64,000 nt of DNA, taken from contig JACPMX010000016.1 of NCBI GenBank assembly GCA_016185755.1, positions 985-64,984 on the forward strand, written 5' to 3'. The notes beneath the pieces are model-generated. The model made no database searches, was not told where the DNA came from, and saw only the letters and a program-made list of their open reading frames with translations. The translations under genes were made by a program, and so were the position numbers. Shown here piece by piece: positions 54,143 through 63,499 of the stretch (positions within the stretch are counted from its first letter, which is position 1; each line of letters opens with the position of its first letter). This DNA comes from Candidatus Woesearchaeota archaeon (GTDB lineage Archaea; Nanobdellota; Nanobdellia; Woesearchaeales; GW2011-AR4).

Positions 54143-56455
54143 TTATATCGTTATCGTTAAATTTCTTGAGTCCGTCAAGCTGTTGTTTCTTGCGGTTGCA
54201 TTTACATTATACGTTCCACTTGCTGTGAAATTGTAATCTATATAAATAAACATCTGCTCGCTCGGCTGCAATATGCTTGATATTGTGCTGTTTATTATAT
54301 TGCTGTTATTGGTGTTCAAGGACCAGTTTACGCCAGTTAGATTTATATTCAGATTGTTTTTTATTACAAATTCAAATATTCTTTTATTTCCTGATTCATT
54401 TACTATGCTTAAATTAAACGCTTCCAGGTGCTTAATATCAAGATTTAATGTTTTTGAGTCTGAATATGTTTGGTTTGTAACAGTAGCCACAAGGCTGTAA
54501 GTGCCGCTAGCCCCATAGTCATATTTTACGAATATAAAGATTGTCTCGTTAGGCTGGATAGATGCAAACTGGCTTGTTGAGTTTATAATACCATTGTTTC
54601 CAGTTGTTAAAGACCAGTTGACATTGGTTATATTGCTTTCCAAATTGTTTTTAGCCTGTATTTCAAAAATTACTTTGGCAACATCCGTATTTACATCATC
54701 AAAGCTTGTTATTGCCAAATCCCCTACTCCAATGCTGGAGCTTAAAGAAGAGCTTATTATAGTTGATTGGCTCAATCCGGTCGCATTTGCTCTTATATTG
54801 TAAGAGCCTTCATCCGAGAAATTGTATTGTACATATACAAAAGCCCTTTCATTCACAGCCAAGGAGCTTATATTGGAAGTGCTGTTTATTATGTAGCTGT
54901 CATTCGTGTCAAACCACCATTGTACATCGGTTACTGCTGTGTCTCCGTCATTCAGAATAACAAATTCAAAGATTTTGAGTGTACCATTGGTGTACATTGC
55001 GGTTATAGATTCTATAGCTAAAGAAACAATTGTTGGAGGAGTATTCTGCACAATGTTGTTGCTTTCGTTGCTTTCATCAACCAGATTGTCGAAGTCTGCT
55101 ATGGCTGTGAACAGGGTTATATTGGATGTATTGCTTACTATAAAATTATAAATTTGTGATTCGTTAACATTTAGTATCACAGTACTATTTATAGCTGAAA
55201 AAGTTTCATTGTTAAAAACATCAAGGAATACATTAAAAGCTGTTGACTCTCCAGTATTATTGAGTTTTATTGTAACATTAGATTGATTTGTTGTCTGGTT
55301 GAAAATTACAGTCATATTCAGTTTCAAATCAGGCAAAGGCGGCCTTTCAAAATCTGTATAAGTTAAATTTGTTATTGTATGCGGCTCAAACTGCTTGTCT
55401 GTAATATTCCCATTTTCTATTAGCCTTGTGACACTTAATATATATGGACCGCTTATCTTTGCAGCATAGATGTCAGAGCCATTTATTCTTATGCTTACAG
55501 TCTGATTTCCAATAGACAAGCTTTGTGATGCAGACAGATTTTTGACAAAATTGTTGAATTGGTCATACATTTCAGCTTGTATTTCATAAGTATTTGTGCT
55601 TTTAACTGCTACAGTAAAGTTTACTTCCAGAAACTCCGACAAATTATTTGCATTAGTATCTATGCCAGTGCTGCTATAGTTTCTAAAGTAAGAAGTTTTT
55701 GCAAAGTCTTCATAATTATAAATTGATGTTGAATATGATGGCTTAATAAGTTTTCTGCCTATTAACACAGAGTCCAATGTAAAGTTTCCAGTGTAATGGG
55801 TGGATTTTATAGTCTCATTGTCAAAATCCAATGAAATTGTTTGCAATCCAGATGATAAGGTTACTTGTTTTGTTGCGCTAATTATAGTTTCATTAAATTT
55901 CAAATATGCAGTGATATTTGCATCTTGATTTTGGGAGACATTGAGTGTTAAGTTTATTCTAATATGATTGCTGTTTAAATTCTCATCTGTTATTCTGTTT
56001 ATATTTGTGCCATTACCAAAACCGCTGTAAGTGTTTGTCTCTATATTGTACTTGCTGAAAACCAGAATATTCGTTGTGTTATAAATTCTTACAGAATAAT
56101 TATACTTATTTTTGGTTAATAAGCGAGTGTCAAAGCTTATATTGACGTTGGATATACCTGAAGAAATGCTTTGATTAATCCTGTTGGACAATGTTCCGCT
56201 TTCTTCTGACAAATCAAAATAAACTTCGAAAAAAGCAGTGTAAGTTGAGTTTACGGTGATATTTATAATCAATGTATCGTTCTGTCCATTTGAGTTAGAA
56301 TCCAACATGTAATCAGAAAACTGATTAATATTAAGTGTACCATCATTATAGCCAAAATTGTAAGAGTCTATTAGTTCTTGAAGTGTTATCGAGTAGGCAG
56401 ATGGGACTAGTAAAAATAAATATAATAACCATATAATTAGATTTTTACACTTCAT
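54143..56455 (-). CDS. Secreted, sequon-dense surface protein (candidate S-layer / cell-surface glycoprotein)
   Basis: Signal peptide MKCKNLIIWLLYLFLLVPSAYS. Very high Asn/Thr/Ser content with dozens of N-x-S/T sequons (NQSI, NISF, NTTN, NGTN, NLTL...). AT-rich coding sequence. Confidence 0.55.
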   Translation of the reverse strand: MKCKNLIIWLLYLFLLVPSAYSITLQELIDSYNFGYNDGTLNINQFSDYMLDSNSNGQNDTLIINITVNSTYTAFFEVYFDLSEESGTLSNRINQSISSGISNVNISFDTRLLTKNKYNYSVRIYNTTNILVFSKYNIETNTYSGFGNGTNINRITDENLNSNHIRINLTLNVSQNQDANITAYLKFNETIISATKQVTLSSGLQTISLDFDNETIKSTHYTGNFTLDSVLIGRKLIKPSYSTSIYNYEDFAKTSYFRNYSSTGIDTNANNLSEFLEVNFTVAVKSTNTYEIQAEMYDQFNNFVKNLSASQSLSIGNQTVSIRINGSDIYAAKISGPYILSVTRLIENGNITDKQFEPHTITNLTYTDFERPPLPDLKLNMTVIFNQTTNQSNVTIKLNNTGESTAFNVFLDVFNNETFSAINSTVILNVNESQIYNFIVSNTSNITLFTAIADFDNLVDESNESNNIVQNTPPTIVSLAIESITAMYTNGTLKIFEFVILNDGDTAVTDVQWWFDTNDSYIINSTSNISSLAVNERAFVYVQYNFSDEGSYNIRANATGLSQSTIISSSLSSSIGVGDLAITSFDDVNTDVAKVIFEIQAKNNLESNITNVNWSLTTGNNGIINSTSQFASIQPNETIFIFVKYDYGASGTYSLVATVTNQTYSDSKTLNLDIKHLEAFNLSIVNESGNKRIFEFVIKNNLNINLTGVNWSLNTNNSNIINSTISSILQPSEQMFIYIDYNFTASGTYNVNATARNNSLTDSRNLTITI

Positions 56456-56780
56456 TTATAGTTACCTCTTGATTTTCATCAGTATGTAAGTAATCAAAGA
56501 CAAAAATTCCGTCTAAGTCTTCCTCTGAGACATAATCTATTTTTTCAGTAACAGATTTGCTAAAGTAGAATTCCCTATCATCAACCAATTTACGTAAAGC
56601 AGCAAGTTCGCCGTCAATATCATTGCCTAGAACGTAAATGTTATTGCCGCTTCTTATCACAATGCCATTATATGGCAGTCCCTCAATTATTGTTATATTA
56701 AAAACTAAAATAGCTAAAACTAATATGGGCGATATTTTAACTTTTAAATTTTGTTTGAAGGTCACTTTTTGATAGGTCAT
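56445..56780 (-). CDS. Small signal-anchored protein consisting of one copy of the EGLPYNG...FYFSKSV...DLDG.FVFDYLHTDENQ domain
   Basis: N-terminal hydrophobic segment then a domain about 60% identical to segments of 57117..58877 and 59148..63473. DNA-level similarity is also visible. Confidence 0.4.
   Translation of the reverse strand: MTYQKVTFKQNLKVKISPILVLAILVFNITIIEGLPYNGIVIRSGNNIYVLGNDIDGELAALRKLVDDREFYFSKSVTEKIDYVSEEDLDGIFVFDYLHTDENQEVTINEV
56470..56720. repeat. Shorter, more diverged third copy of the repeated segment (shared-domain portion)
   Basis: catcagtatgtaagtaatcaaagacaaaaattccgtctaagtcttcctc... is alignable with 58225.. and 60258.. Confidence 0.45.
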
Positions 56781-56786
56781 TTTTAG

Positions 56787-57113
56787 TTAAAGGCTTTTTG
56801 ATACAGACAATACTATTACAATAAATACCATATACAATGTAAAGACTAATATAATTACAAAAAATATTATCTGTAAGATTAACTTGATTGTCATATAGTT
56901 TTTCTTTATCAATAAATTAATAATAAAGTCAAAAATTAAACCGATAGTTAGATAGATAAAAATAATTAAGGAGTAAGTCAATAGAATTTTTCCTCCTACA
57001 ACTTCTTTTAATTCATTTCCTTTCGATAATGCAACAAAAATAAAGATGATAATAAATATCGAAATGCAAATTAAATTAAATATGGTATGTTTAAATTTTT
57101 TAAGTTGTATCAT
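56787..57113 (-). CDS. Small hydrophobic membrane protein
   Basis: 108 aa, three hydrophobic helices, extremely Ile/Leu/Phe-rich. Could also be a compositional artefact of the AT-rich region. Confidence 0.3.
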   Translation of the reverse strand: MIQLKKFKHTIFNLICISIFIIIFIFVALSKGNELKEVVGGKILLTYSLIIFIYLTIGLIFDFIINLLIKKNYMTIKLILQIIFFVIILVFTLYMVFIVIVLSVSKSL

Positions 57114-57116
57114 TTT

Positions 57117-58660
57117 TCAATCCTCCTCTATGCTCCATACAATTTTATCAAACCTAGAATAGGTAACGTCGTTTAAAAAAGCCGAGATCAAGTAATAGGT
57201 GCCTGGAAAGTCTGCCATAGAAGCATGAATATCAACTATAGCGGCTTTGTATTTTTTAGTAGAATTAGAATTTTGATAAATAGATTGAATATCAGTATCT
57301 GGAATAACACCATCATCACTGAAACCTCCCAATCTACTTCTTACAAGTAATAATTTATTTATTGATGTTAATGAAGGATTAGAATCAGATTTGTTTATTA
57401 CCCTATTCTGTATATCTATCCATAGATTATATGATACAACTCCATCACTCTGAGTTACTAAATGTAATAGTTTACAGTCAATTTCGTACCATTTACAAAC
57501 CTTGTTAATTGAATCACTAATATTTTTTTGAGATATATGGTTATATTGTGAAAGTGCAGATTTTGTTTGGTTGCCATGCCTATCGATTATTGCTGTAAAT
57601 CTGGTTGTTCCATTAAAAGTCCCCATAGGTGCAAGTAGTACCATATGGTCTACAAAATTTGCTGAAAGATTGAAGGTTGTCCAATTTCCAGAATCATTTA
57701 AATAGTAACCAATAGTATTTGATGTTCCTTGATAATATTGGGTGTAAGAATCTAATGCGAGACCACCACCTAAAGAATAGCCAACATAATCAACACTATT
57801 TTTATTTGAATATTTTAGAACTCCTCCTAGTAAGGCTGGCCAATAATAAGTTTTTAAAGTGTTATAATCGTAATTTGGACATGTGCTACATTCTGTATTA
57901 GGACCGCCAGTATATTCTATTAACCATACATCTCTTACATATTTGCCGTTAAAAGCGTTATCTTTAGCTATTTTATTAGCTAACTTCTCAAGTGAGAATA
58001 AATCTCCAAATACCCCATGCCCTAATACAACAGGTCTAGGATTAGAAAAATTTTTATATTTTACACTTAATTCTGCATTTATGTTTTTTAGTCTCAAACT
58101 TGTATTATCATTAGCGGTGAGGACCCTTTTAATCGAAAGTGATGTAACATCGCTATTCAAAACATTCTCCACAACTTTCCTAAAATTCTCATTATTCTTC
58201 CTGTACTTAGCTTGGTTTTCATCAGTATGCAGATAATCAAATACGAACAGCCCATCCAAATCTTCTTCACTTATGTAATCCGCCCTTGAAGAAACACTCT
58301 TACTAAAGTAAAATTCTTGATTATCTACTAGTTTTCTTAAAGCTGCTATGTCACCGTCTATCTCATTGCCAAATACATAAATATTTGTACCATCTTTTAC
58401 TACAAGGCCATTATAAGGCAAGCCTTCACTCTTTGATGTGTATGTTATGATATTATTTTCATATTTCCAGTTTTTATTGTCTGTTTTTTGTAAATCTTTT
58501 GGAAGATTAGAATTCTTCCTTCCAACATAAATATTTACATCCTGACCGCTGGAAACAATATCAATATAATCATCCAAATAATTATTAATTACAGAAGTTA
58601 AAACTGGATAATCAGTTACAATGTCTATATAAGCCTTTGTTGCTGGACGAGCAGCTTTTT
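57117..58660. repeat. Paralogous DNA segment (copy 1) encoding a lipase-like module, about 75-80% nt identity with 59148..60700
   Basis: Example: 58215-58450 against 60250-60485, with long runs of identical bases (ctcatcagtatgca.ataatcaaa.ac.aaca.cccatccaaatcttcttca). Confidence 0.55.
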
Positions 58661-58877
58661 TGATATAATTATTTTTCTCGTCAGTTTCTGCTATTATGAA
58701 AAATATATATGTGGTATTATATTCAAATATTGGTTTGGTGGTATATTCAAAAGAATAAATTAACAATATTATAATTGAATTATTTTCATTAGCGTATGAA
58801 GTGGAGGATAAGGTAATTAATGTTATACTAAATAATAAAATTAACTCCAGTACTTTTATAATTTTTTGTTTAGTCAT
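57117..58877 (-). CDS. Secreted alpha/beta-hydrolase (lipase/esterase-like) protein. It carries the shared N-terminal domain and is paralogous to the C-terminal 515 aa of 59148..63473
   Basis: Signal peptide. VVLGHGVFGD (oxyanion HG) and VGYSLGGGL (GxSxG nucleophile elbow). About 75% identity to the C-terminal region of the 1441-aa protein. Confidence 0.55.
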   Translation of the reverse strand: MTKQKIIKVLELILLFSITLITLSSTSYANENNSIIILLIYSFEYTTKPIFEYNTTYIFFIIAETDEKNNYIKKAARPATKAYIDIVTDYPVLTSVINNYLDDYIDIVSSGQDVNIYVGRKNSNLPKDLQKTDNKNWKYENNIITYTSKSEGLPYNGLVVKDGTNIYVFGNEIDGDIAALRKLVDNQEFYFSKSVSSRADYISEEDLDGLFVFDYLHTDENQAKYRKNNENFRKVVENVLNSDVTSLSIKRVLTANDNTSLRLKNINAELSVKYKNFSNPRPVVLGHGVFGDLFSLEKLANKIAKDNAFNGKYVRDVWLIEYTGGPNTECSTCPNYDYNTLKTYYWPALLGGVLKYSNKNSVDYVGYSLGGGLALDSYTQYYQGTSNTIGYYLNDSGNWTTFNLSANFVDHMVLLAPMGTFNGTTRFTAIIDRHGNQTKSALSQYNHISQKNISDSINKVCKWYEIDCKLLHLVTQSDGVVSYNLWIDIQNRVINKSDSNPSLTSINKLLLVRSRLGGFSDDGVIPDTDIQSIYQNSNSTKKYKAAIVDIHASMADFPGTYYLISAFLNDVTYSRFDKIVWSIEED

Positions 58878-59164
58878 TTTTTCTTTAATCTCCAGTACCT
58901 TCTATAAATAAAAAATGAAATTGTTATTAACCAGTAAAGAATTAAAAGACCCAATCCCAAAGTTAATAAATATCCTATTGCCAAAGCTAACCCGATTCCT
59001 CCTAAACCACCATCGTCTAATTTAGGAATTTTGATTGCCACCATAAGCAAAATCAAATTAAATAAATGAATTAAAGTGCCTGAAATAATCCAGATGATTT
59101 TGAACATACTCTTATTCTTTTTTTCCCTGATTTTTCTACTTGCCATTTTAGTCTTCCTCAACAA
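58874..59164 (-). CDS. Small membrane protein (2 TM)
   Basis: 96 aa, two hydrophobic helices with a Gly-rich loop (DDGGLGGIG). Overlaps neighbours on both sides. Confidence 0.3.
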   Translation of the reverse strand: MLRKTKMASRKIREKKNKSMFKIIWIISGTLIHLFNLILLMVAIKIPKLDDGGLGGIGLALAIGYLLTLGLGLLILYWLITISFFIYRRYWRLKKK

Positions 59165-60700
59165 TATATCTTAAATTGTCGAAAAATGAATATGTTATAT
59201 TATTCAAAAATTTACTAAGAAGGGGATCATAGGTTTCAGGTTCATCTGGTAAGTTTGAATGTCCAGTAATTTGGAAAGTCCTACCTTTATATTTCTTCGA
59301 AGCATTTGAGTTAGTATAAATATAGGAAATATCTGCATCAGGTATAACAAAGTCATCACTGAACCCCCCTATTGCATTATATATAACTAATAGTTTATTA
59401 ATTGAAGATAGCTTTGGATTTGTATTACTTTTATTTTGTACTTCTGTTACTATATCGACCCAGAAATTATAAGATATATTATTTGTACTCGGCAATTGAC
59501 GAAAGACAAACTCTTGTAATGTATTTAGATTACAAACTTTTAACGAAGCATCTATTATATCTTTTCTATTAATATGAGACTTGGTTGAAAGTTGGTTATT
59601 TATCTTTATTCCACAAGAATCAACTAAAGAAGTAAACCTAGTCGTCCCATCAAACGCCGCCATAGGAGCAATTAAAGCCATTTGCTCAACAAAATTGGCT
59701 GGCAGGCTAAAATTAACCCATTGACCTGAGTTATTTAAAAAATAACCCATTGGGTTAGTAGTACCTTGGTAATATTTTTCGTAAGACCTTAAACCAAGCC
59801 CGCCTCCTGCAGAATAGCCTACATAATCTACTTTATTTGTATTAGCATATTTTAATACACCTCCAATTAAGGCTGGCCAGTAGTAGTCAACTAAAGTGCC
59901 ATAAGTGTAGTTTGGACAATTAGCACATTCTGTGTTTGGTCCTCCTGAATATTCTATTAGCCAAGTATCTCTAACATATTTTCCTTGAAACTTTTGGTCT
60001 GTAGCTATTTTCAAACCAAGTTTCTCCATACCAAATAAGTCACCAAATAAACCATGTCCCAAGACTACAGGTCTAGGGTTAGAGAAGTTTTTAAATTTTG
60101 GGCTTAATTCTGCATTTATATTTTTTAGCCGTAAGCTAGTATTATCATTAGCAGTCAAAACTCTCTTTATTGCCAAACTATAAACATTAGCATTTAAAAC
60201 ATTCTCCACAACCTTAACAAAGTTTGCGTTATTCTTCCTATACTTAGCCTGATTCTCATCAGTATGCAAATAATCAAAAACAAACAACCCATCCAAATCT
60301 TCTTCAGAAATATAGTCGACTCTTGAAGCTACAGATTTGCTAAAGTAAAATTCTTGGTTATCTACTAGCTTTCTTAGAGTTGCAATATCGCCGTCTATCT
60401 CATTACCAAAAACGTAAATATTATTTCCGCTTCTTACAACTATTCCGTTGTAAGGCAGTCCTTCTTTTTTAGAATTATATTGAACTAAATTTCCAGTCAG
60501 CATCCAGTTTTGGCCTGAAGTTTTTGTCAATGTTTCTTTTGGTATATTGCTATTCTTTCTTCCAACATAGATATTTACATCTTGACCGCTAGAAACGACA
60601 TTAACATATTGTCCTAGAAAATTCTTGATAGTGTTTACTAATACTGGATAATCGGTAGTAACATCAATATATGCATTTATTGGTTTGCTAGTTGATTTCT
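59148..60700. repeat. Paralogous DNA segment (copy 2) inside the 3' third of the giant protease-lipase gene
   Basis: See copy 1. Direct (same-strand) orientation; the copies are about 2 kb apart. Confidence 0.55.
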
Positions 60701-63473
60701 TGATGTAATTATTCTTATCGTCTGTTTCGGCTACAACATTTGTAAAATCAACCGTTATTGATACAAAATCAGTTGAATTTGTATCCCAAAGAACAGAAAC
60801 GTTTTGATTTACATATTGAGAAACAGAAATTATCTTGCTCTCATTCTGTGTTGGCTTTCCGGTTTGGCTATTCAGTCCTCTGAAATCTATTACCACATTA
60901 TTTTGATTTACTTTCTCAACAGTTATCAAAGCAGTTATATTAGATTTTCCGCCTTGAGTTTTAATAGTTACATCTGATGTCTTAATTGACAAATCAGTCT
61001 TATTAATACAGATACTGCAATCAAACATTAAAGAATCATAATCGTTATTATTGTCAATAGTGCTTGATTTAGTGCCGCAAAAAGTGCTATTATCGCTGCA
61101 ATAAATATCAATTGATTGGCTATTGCCACAAACTGCATCTCTATAGTTTATTTCTTTGAAACCATCTGAATCAGTTGTGCCATTTAAAATTCCATTATTA
61201 TAAACTTTAGTTCCGTTTATTGGATTGCTTTTTGAATCAGTTACAATTACAGATATAGTGCCATTGCAAAGATTTGTTGTTGTCCCTGAAGTGCAAGGAG
61301 AAGCAGGTGTGGAATTTCCATTTGTCCCAAAGTCTGCATTTGCTTCATCGGCGTTGGAATCACAAGAAGTGTCTGCTGGGCATGTAATAGTACCTATGTC
61401 TATTGTGCCTCCTGTGTAAAAGCATCTATCCGCATATTGTGTTGTGCTTGTGCATACATATTGTCTGCTACTGCATATATAATAAAACCGTTGTGGCATT
61501 CCTCTTGTTTTGTAGCCTGCGCTGTTATAGCAGTACAAGCTGTCTATCTCTTTACTTTGTGAAGTTGATGTAGGAGCAGAATGCTCTCCCAATGAGCCAT
61601 CAGAAGTGCAGCTTGGGCTTGCTTCTTGGCATGCAGTATCAAATGTAGTATTTGTCCTGCAATTATCGATATCAGTTTGAGTTCCAAAGCATTTATCATA
61701 AACATTATCATTAGTCCAATCAAAGCATTCGGCAAGAATTGTTTCTGCAGGCTGAGGTATATTTTTTGCATTTAAAGCCCAGTTTTTAAAAACTACTGAA
61801 TCATGCTTGCAATCTATGCCTGTTGGGCATGCAAGAATATAATCGTCCGATAGATTTATGATATGGGACAAAAGTATTAAAGTACCAAATTCATCTACAT
61901 TATAAATGTTTGATTTTTTGCTTCCATCATCAAAAGTTAGATTAACCAAATAATACCCGGGCATAAAACTAACATCATCAATAGTTCCAGTTCCATTTAA
62001 CCAGAAATTATAAGTAATATTCGGCAGTCCGAAATTACTAATATTAAAAACCTCATAAAAGTAAGTTAAATTTGTTATTGTAAAATTGGTAGTTTGCAAG
62101 TTTACTTGTACTAATCCATACCCATACAAGTCATCCTTTTCAGCTTGCCCTAAATCCAAAGCATCGTTTCTAAGTTTTGCCCTTATTTGTTCATTAGTTA
62201 ATGAATTATTAAAAGCTTTAATCAAGGCAGCTACTCCTGCGACATGAGGAGCAGCCATAGAAGTTCCAGAAGAAACAGAATAACCATTGCCTAGATAAGT
62301 GGAATTAATATCAATTCCAGGCGCAACTAATTCCTGCTCAAAGCCGTAAGAGGAAAAAGAAGCCAAGTTATCGTTTTCTGCGGTAGCTCCTACTGCTATA
62401 ACAGTATCATATTTTGCAGGATAAAGAATGTTATCTTGTCCATTGTTGCCTGAAGCTGCGATTAGTAAAATATTATTGTTGTAAGCTTCCTGCAGAACTT
62501 CTTTAAATATTTGTGAATAAGAATCAAAACCGAAACTCATTGAAACTATGCTGATATTATTGTCAATGGCCCATTCAATCCCTGCAATAGCATTGCTCAA
62601 ATCACCGGTGGAGCCTTGCATTATCTTGACAGAATACAAAGAAACTTCAGGAGCAACCCCTGCCAATCCTTCATAATTCAATAGGGCAGCTATCACTCCA
62701 GCAATAGATGTTCCGTGCCCGTTGCTGTCAAAATAATTATTGTCAACAAAAGAAATACCCCCTGCAATGGCTAAATCATCATGCATGCCAATTCCTGTGT
62801 CTAATACAGCAACTTTAACACCAGAACCATTGCTCAAATTCCAAACAGAATCGGCTTTAATCTTTTTTATGTTGAATGGCGTAATTTCTCCTAAAACTTC
62901 TACATTCTGCTCTAACTCAAAGAATTCTACTTCGTTGTCCTCAATCAAATCTTCTATATCTTCTACTTCACCTTTAATTTTAGTTACTTTGAATCTTTCA
63001 ATCTTCTTATCTAAAGTAACATTAACAAGCTTACTTTCATCTATAGAATTCCTGAATTTAATTATATAATCTTTGACTTCTTTCTTATCTTTTATATTTT
63101 TTAAATATTTTTCAGTTTCATTGTTAAATTTATTTTTATGTTTTTCAATAATTTCCGATAAATTTTTTAGTTTTTTAGGTAATGATTGATTAATTATTGT
63201 TAAGTTCTCTATAGGAACAGATAAATTTATAATTATTGTTTGGTTTGTTAATGTTATATTTTCTAATGCTTGATTTTGAGTTGTTAGATTGCTTGTTTCG
63301 TTAGTGGGCAATGTTGTATTTGTTATGGGAGTTTCATTAACAATATTAACCAGTGTTATATTTAAAGACTCATTGGTAGAATTAGTCACAACAGCGCTTG
63401 CAACCAAAAGGGAGTTTAAAATAATGATAAAAGCAGGAACAATCCCCGCTTGCCCTCTTTTTTTGTTTTTCAT
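59148..63473 (-). CDS. Giant secreted multidomain protein: sequon-rich N-terminus, subtilisin-like S8 peptidase, Cys-rich region, shared domain and a C-terminal lipase-like alpha/beta hydrolase
   Basis: Signal peptide. S8 triad motifs VAVLDTGI (Asp), HGTSIAG (His), GTSMAAPHVAG (Ser). A region of about 350 aa has many Cys and NxT. The C-terminal VVLGHGLFGD...VGYSAGGGL module is duplicated in 57117..58877. Confidence 0.75.
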   Translation of the reverse strand: MKNKKRGQAGIVPAFIIILNSLLVASAVVTNSTNESLNITLVNIVNETPITNTTLPTNETSNLTTQNQALENITLTNQTIIINLSVPIENLTIINQSLPKKLKNLSEIIEKHKNKFNNETEKYLKNIKDKKEVKDYIIKFRNSIDESKLVNVTLDKKIERFKVTKIKGEVEDIEDLIEDNEVEFFELEQNVEVLGEITPFNIKKIKADSVWNLSNGSGVKVAVLDTGIGMHDDLAIAGGISFVDNNYFDSNGHGTSIAGVIAALLNYEGLAGVAPEVSLYSVKIMQGSTGDLSNAIAGIEWAIDNNISIVSMSFGFDSYSQIFKEVLQEAYNNNILLIAASGNNGQDNILYPAKYDTVIAVGATAENDNLASFSSYGFEQELVAPGIDINSTYLGNGYSVSSGTSMAAPHVAGVAALIKAFNNSLTNEQIRAKLRNDALDLGQAEKDDLYGYGLVQVNLQTTNFTITNLTYFYEVFNISNFGLPNITYNFWLNGTGTIDDVSFMPGYYLVNLTFDDGSKKSNIYNVDEFGTLILLSHIINLSDDYILACPTGIDCKHDSVVFKNWALNAKNIPQPAETILAECFDWTNDNVYDKCFGTQTDIDNCRTNTTFDTACQEASPSCTSDGSLGEHSAPTSTSQSKEIDSLYCYNSAGYKTRGMPQRFYYICSSRQYVCTSTTQYADRCFYTGGTIDIGTITCPADTSCDSNADEANADFGTNGNSTPASPCTSGTTTNLCNGTISVIVTDSKSNPINGTKVYNNGILNGTTDSDGFKEINYRDAVCGNSQSIDIYCSDNSTFCGTKSSTIDNNNDYDSLMFDCSICINKTDLSIKTSDVTIKTQGGKSNITALITVEKVNQNNVVIDFRGLNSQTGKPTQNESKIISVSQYVNQNVSVLWDTNSTDFVSITVDFTNVVAETDDKNNYIKKSTSKPINAYIDVTTDYPVLVNTIKNFLGQYVNVVSSGQDVNIYVGRKNSNIPKETLTKTSGQNWMLTGNLVQYNSKKEGLPYNGIVVRSGNNIYVFGNEIDGDIATLRKLVDNQEFYFSKSVASRVDYISEEDLDGLFVFDYLHTDENQAKYRKNNANFVKVVENVLNANVYSLAIKRVLTANDNTSLRLKNINAELSPKFKNFSNPRPVVLGHGLFGDLFGMEKLGLKIATDQKFQGKYVRDTWLIEYSGGPNTECANCPNYTYGTLVDYYWPALIGGVLKYANTNKVDYVGYSAGGGLGLRSYEKYYQGTTNPMGYFLNNSGQWVNFSLPANFVEQMALIAPMAAFDGTTRFTSLVDSCGIKINNQLSTKSHINRKDIIDASLKVCNLNTLQEFVFRQLPSTNNISYNFWVDIVTEVQNKSNTNPKLSSINKLLVIYNAIGGFSDDFVIPDADISYIYTNSNASKKYKGRTFQITGHSNLPDEPETYDPLLSKFLNNITYSFFDNLRYIVEED

Positions 63474-63499
63474 GAGCTTGGTACCTCTTTGTAATCACC

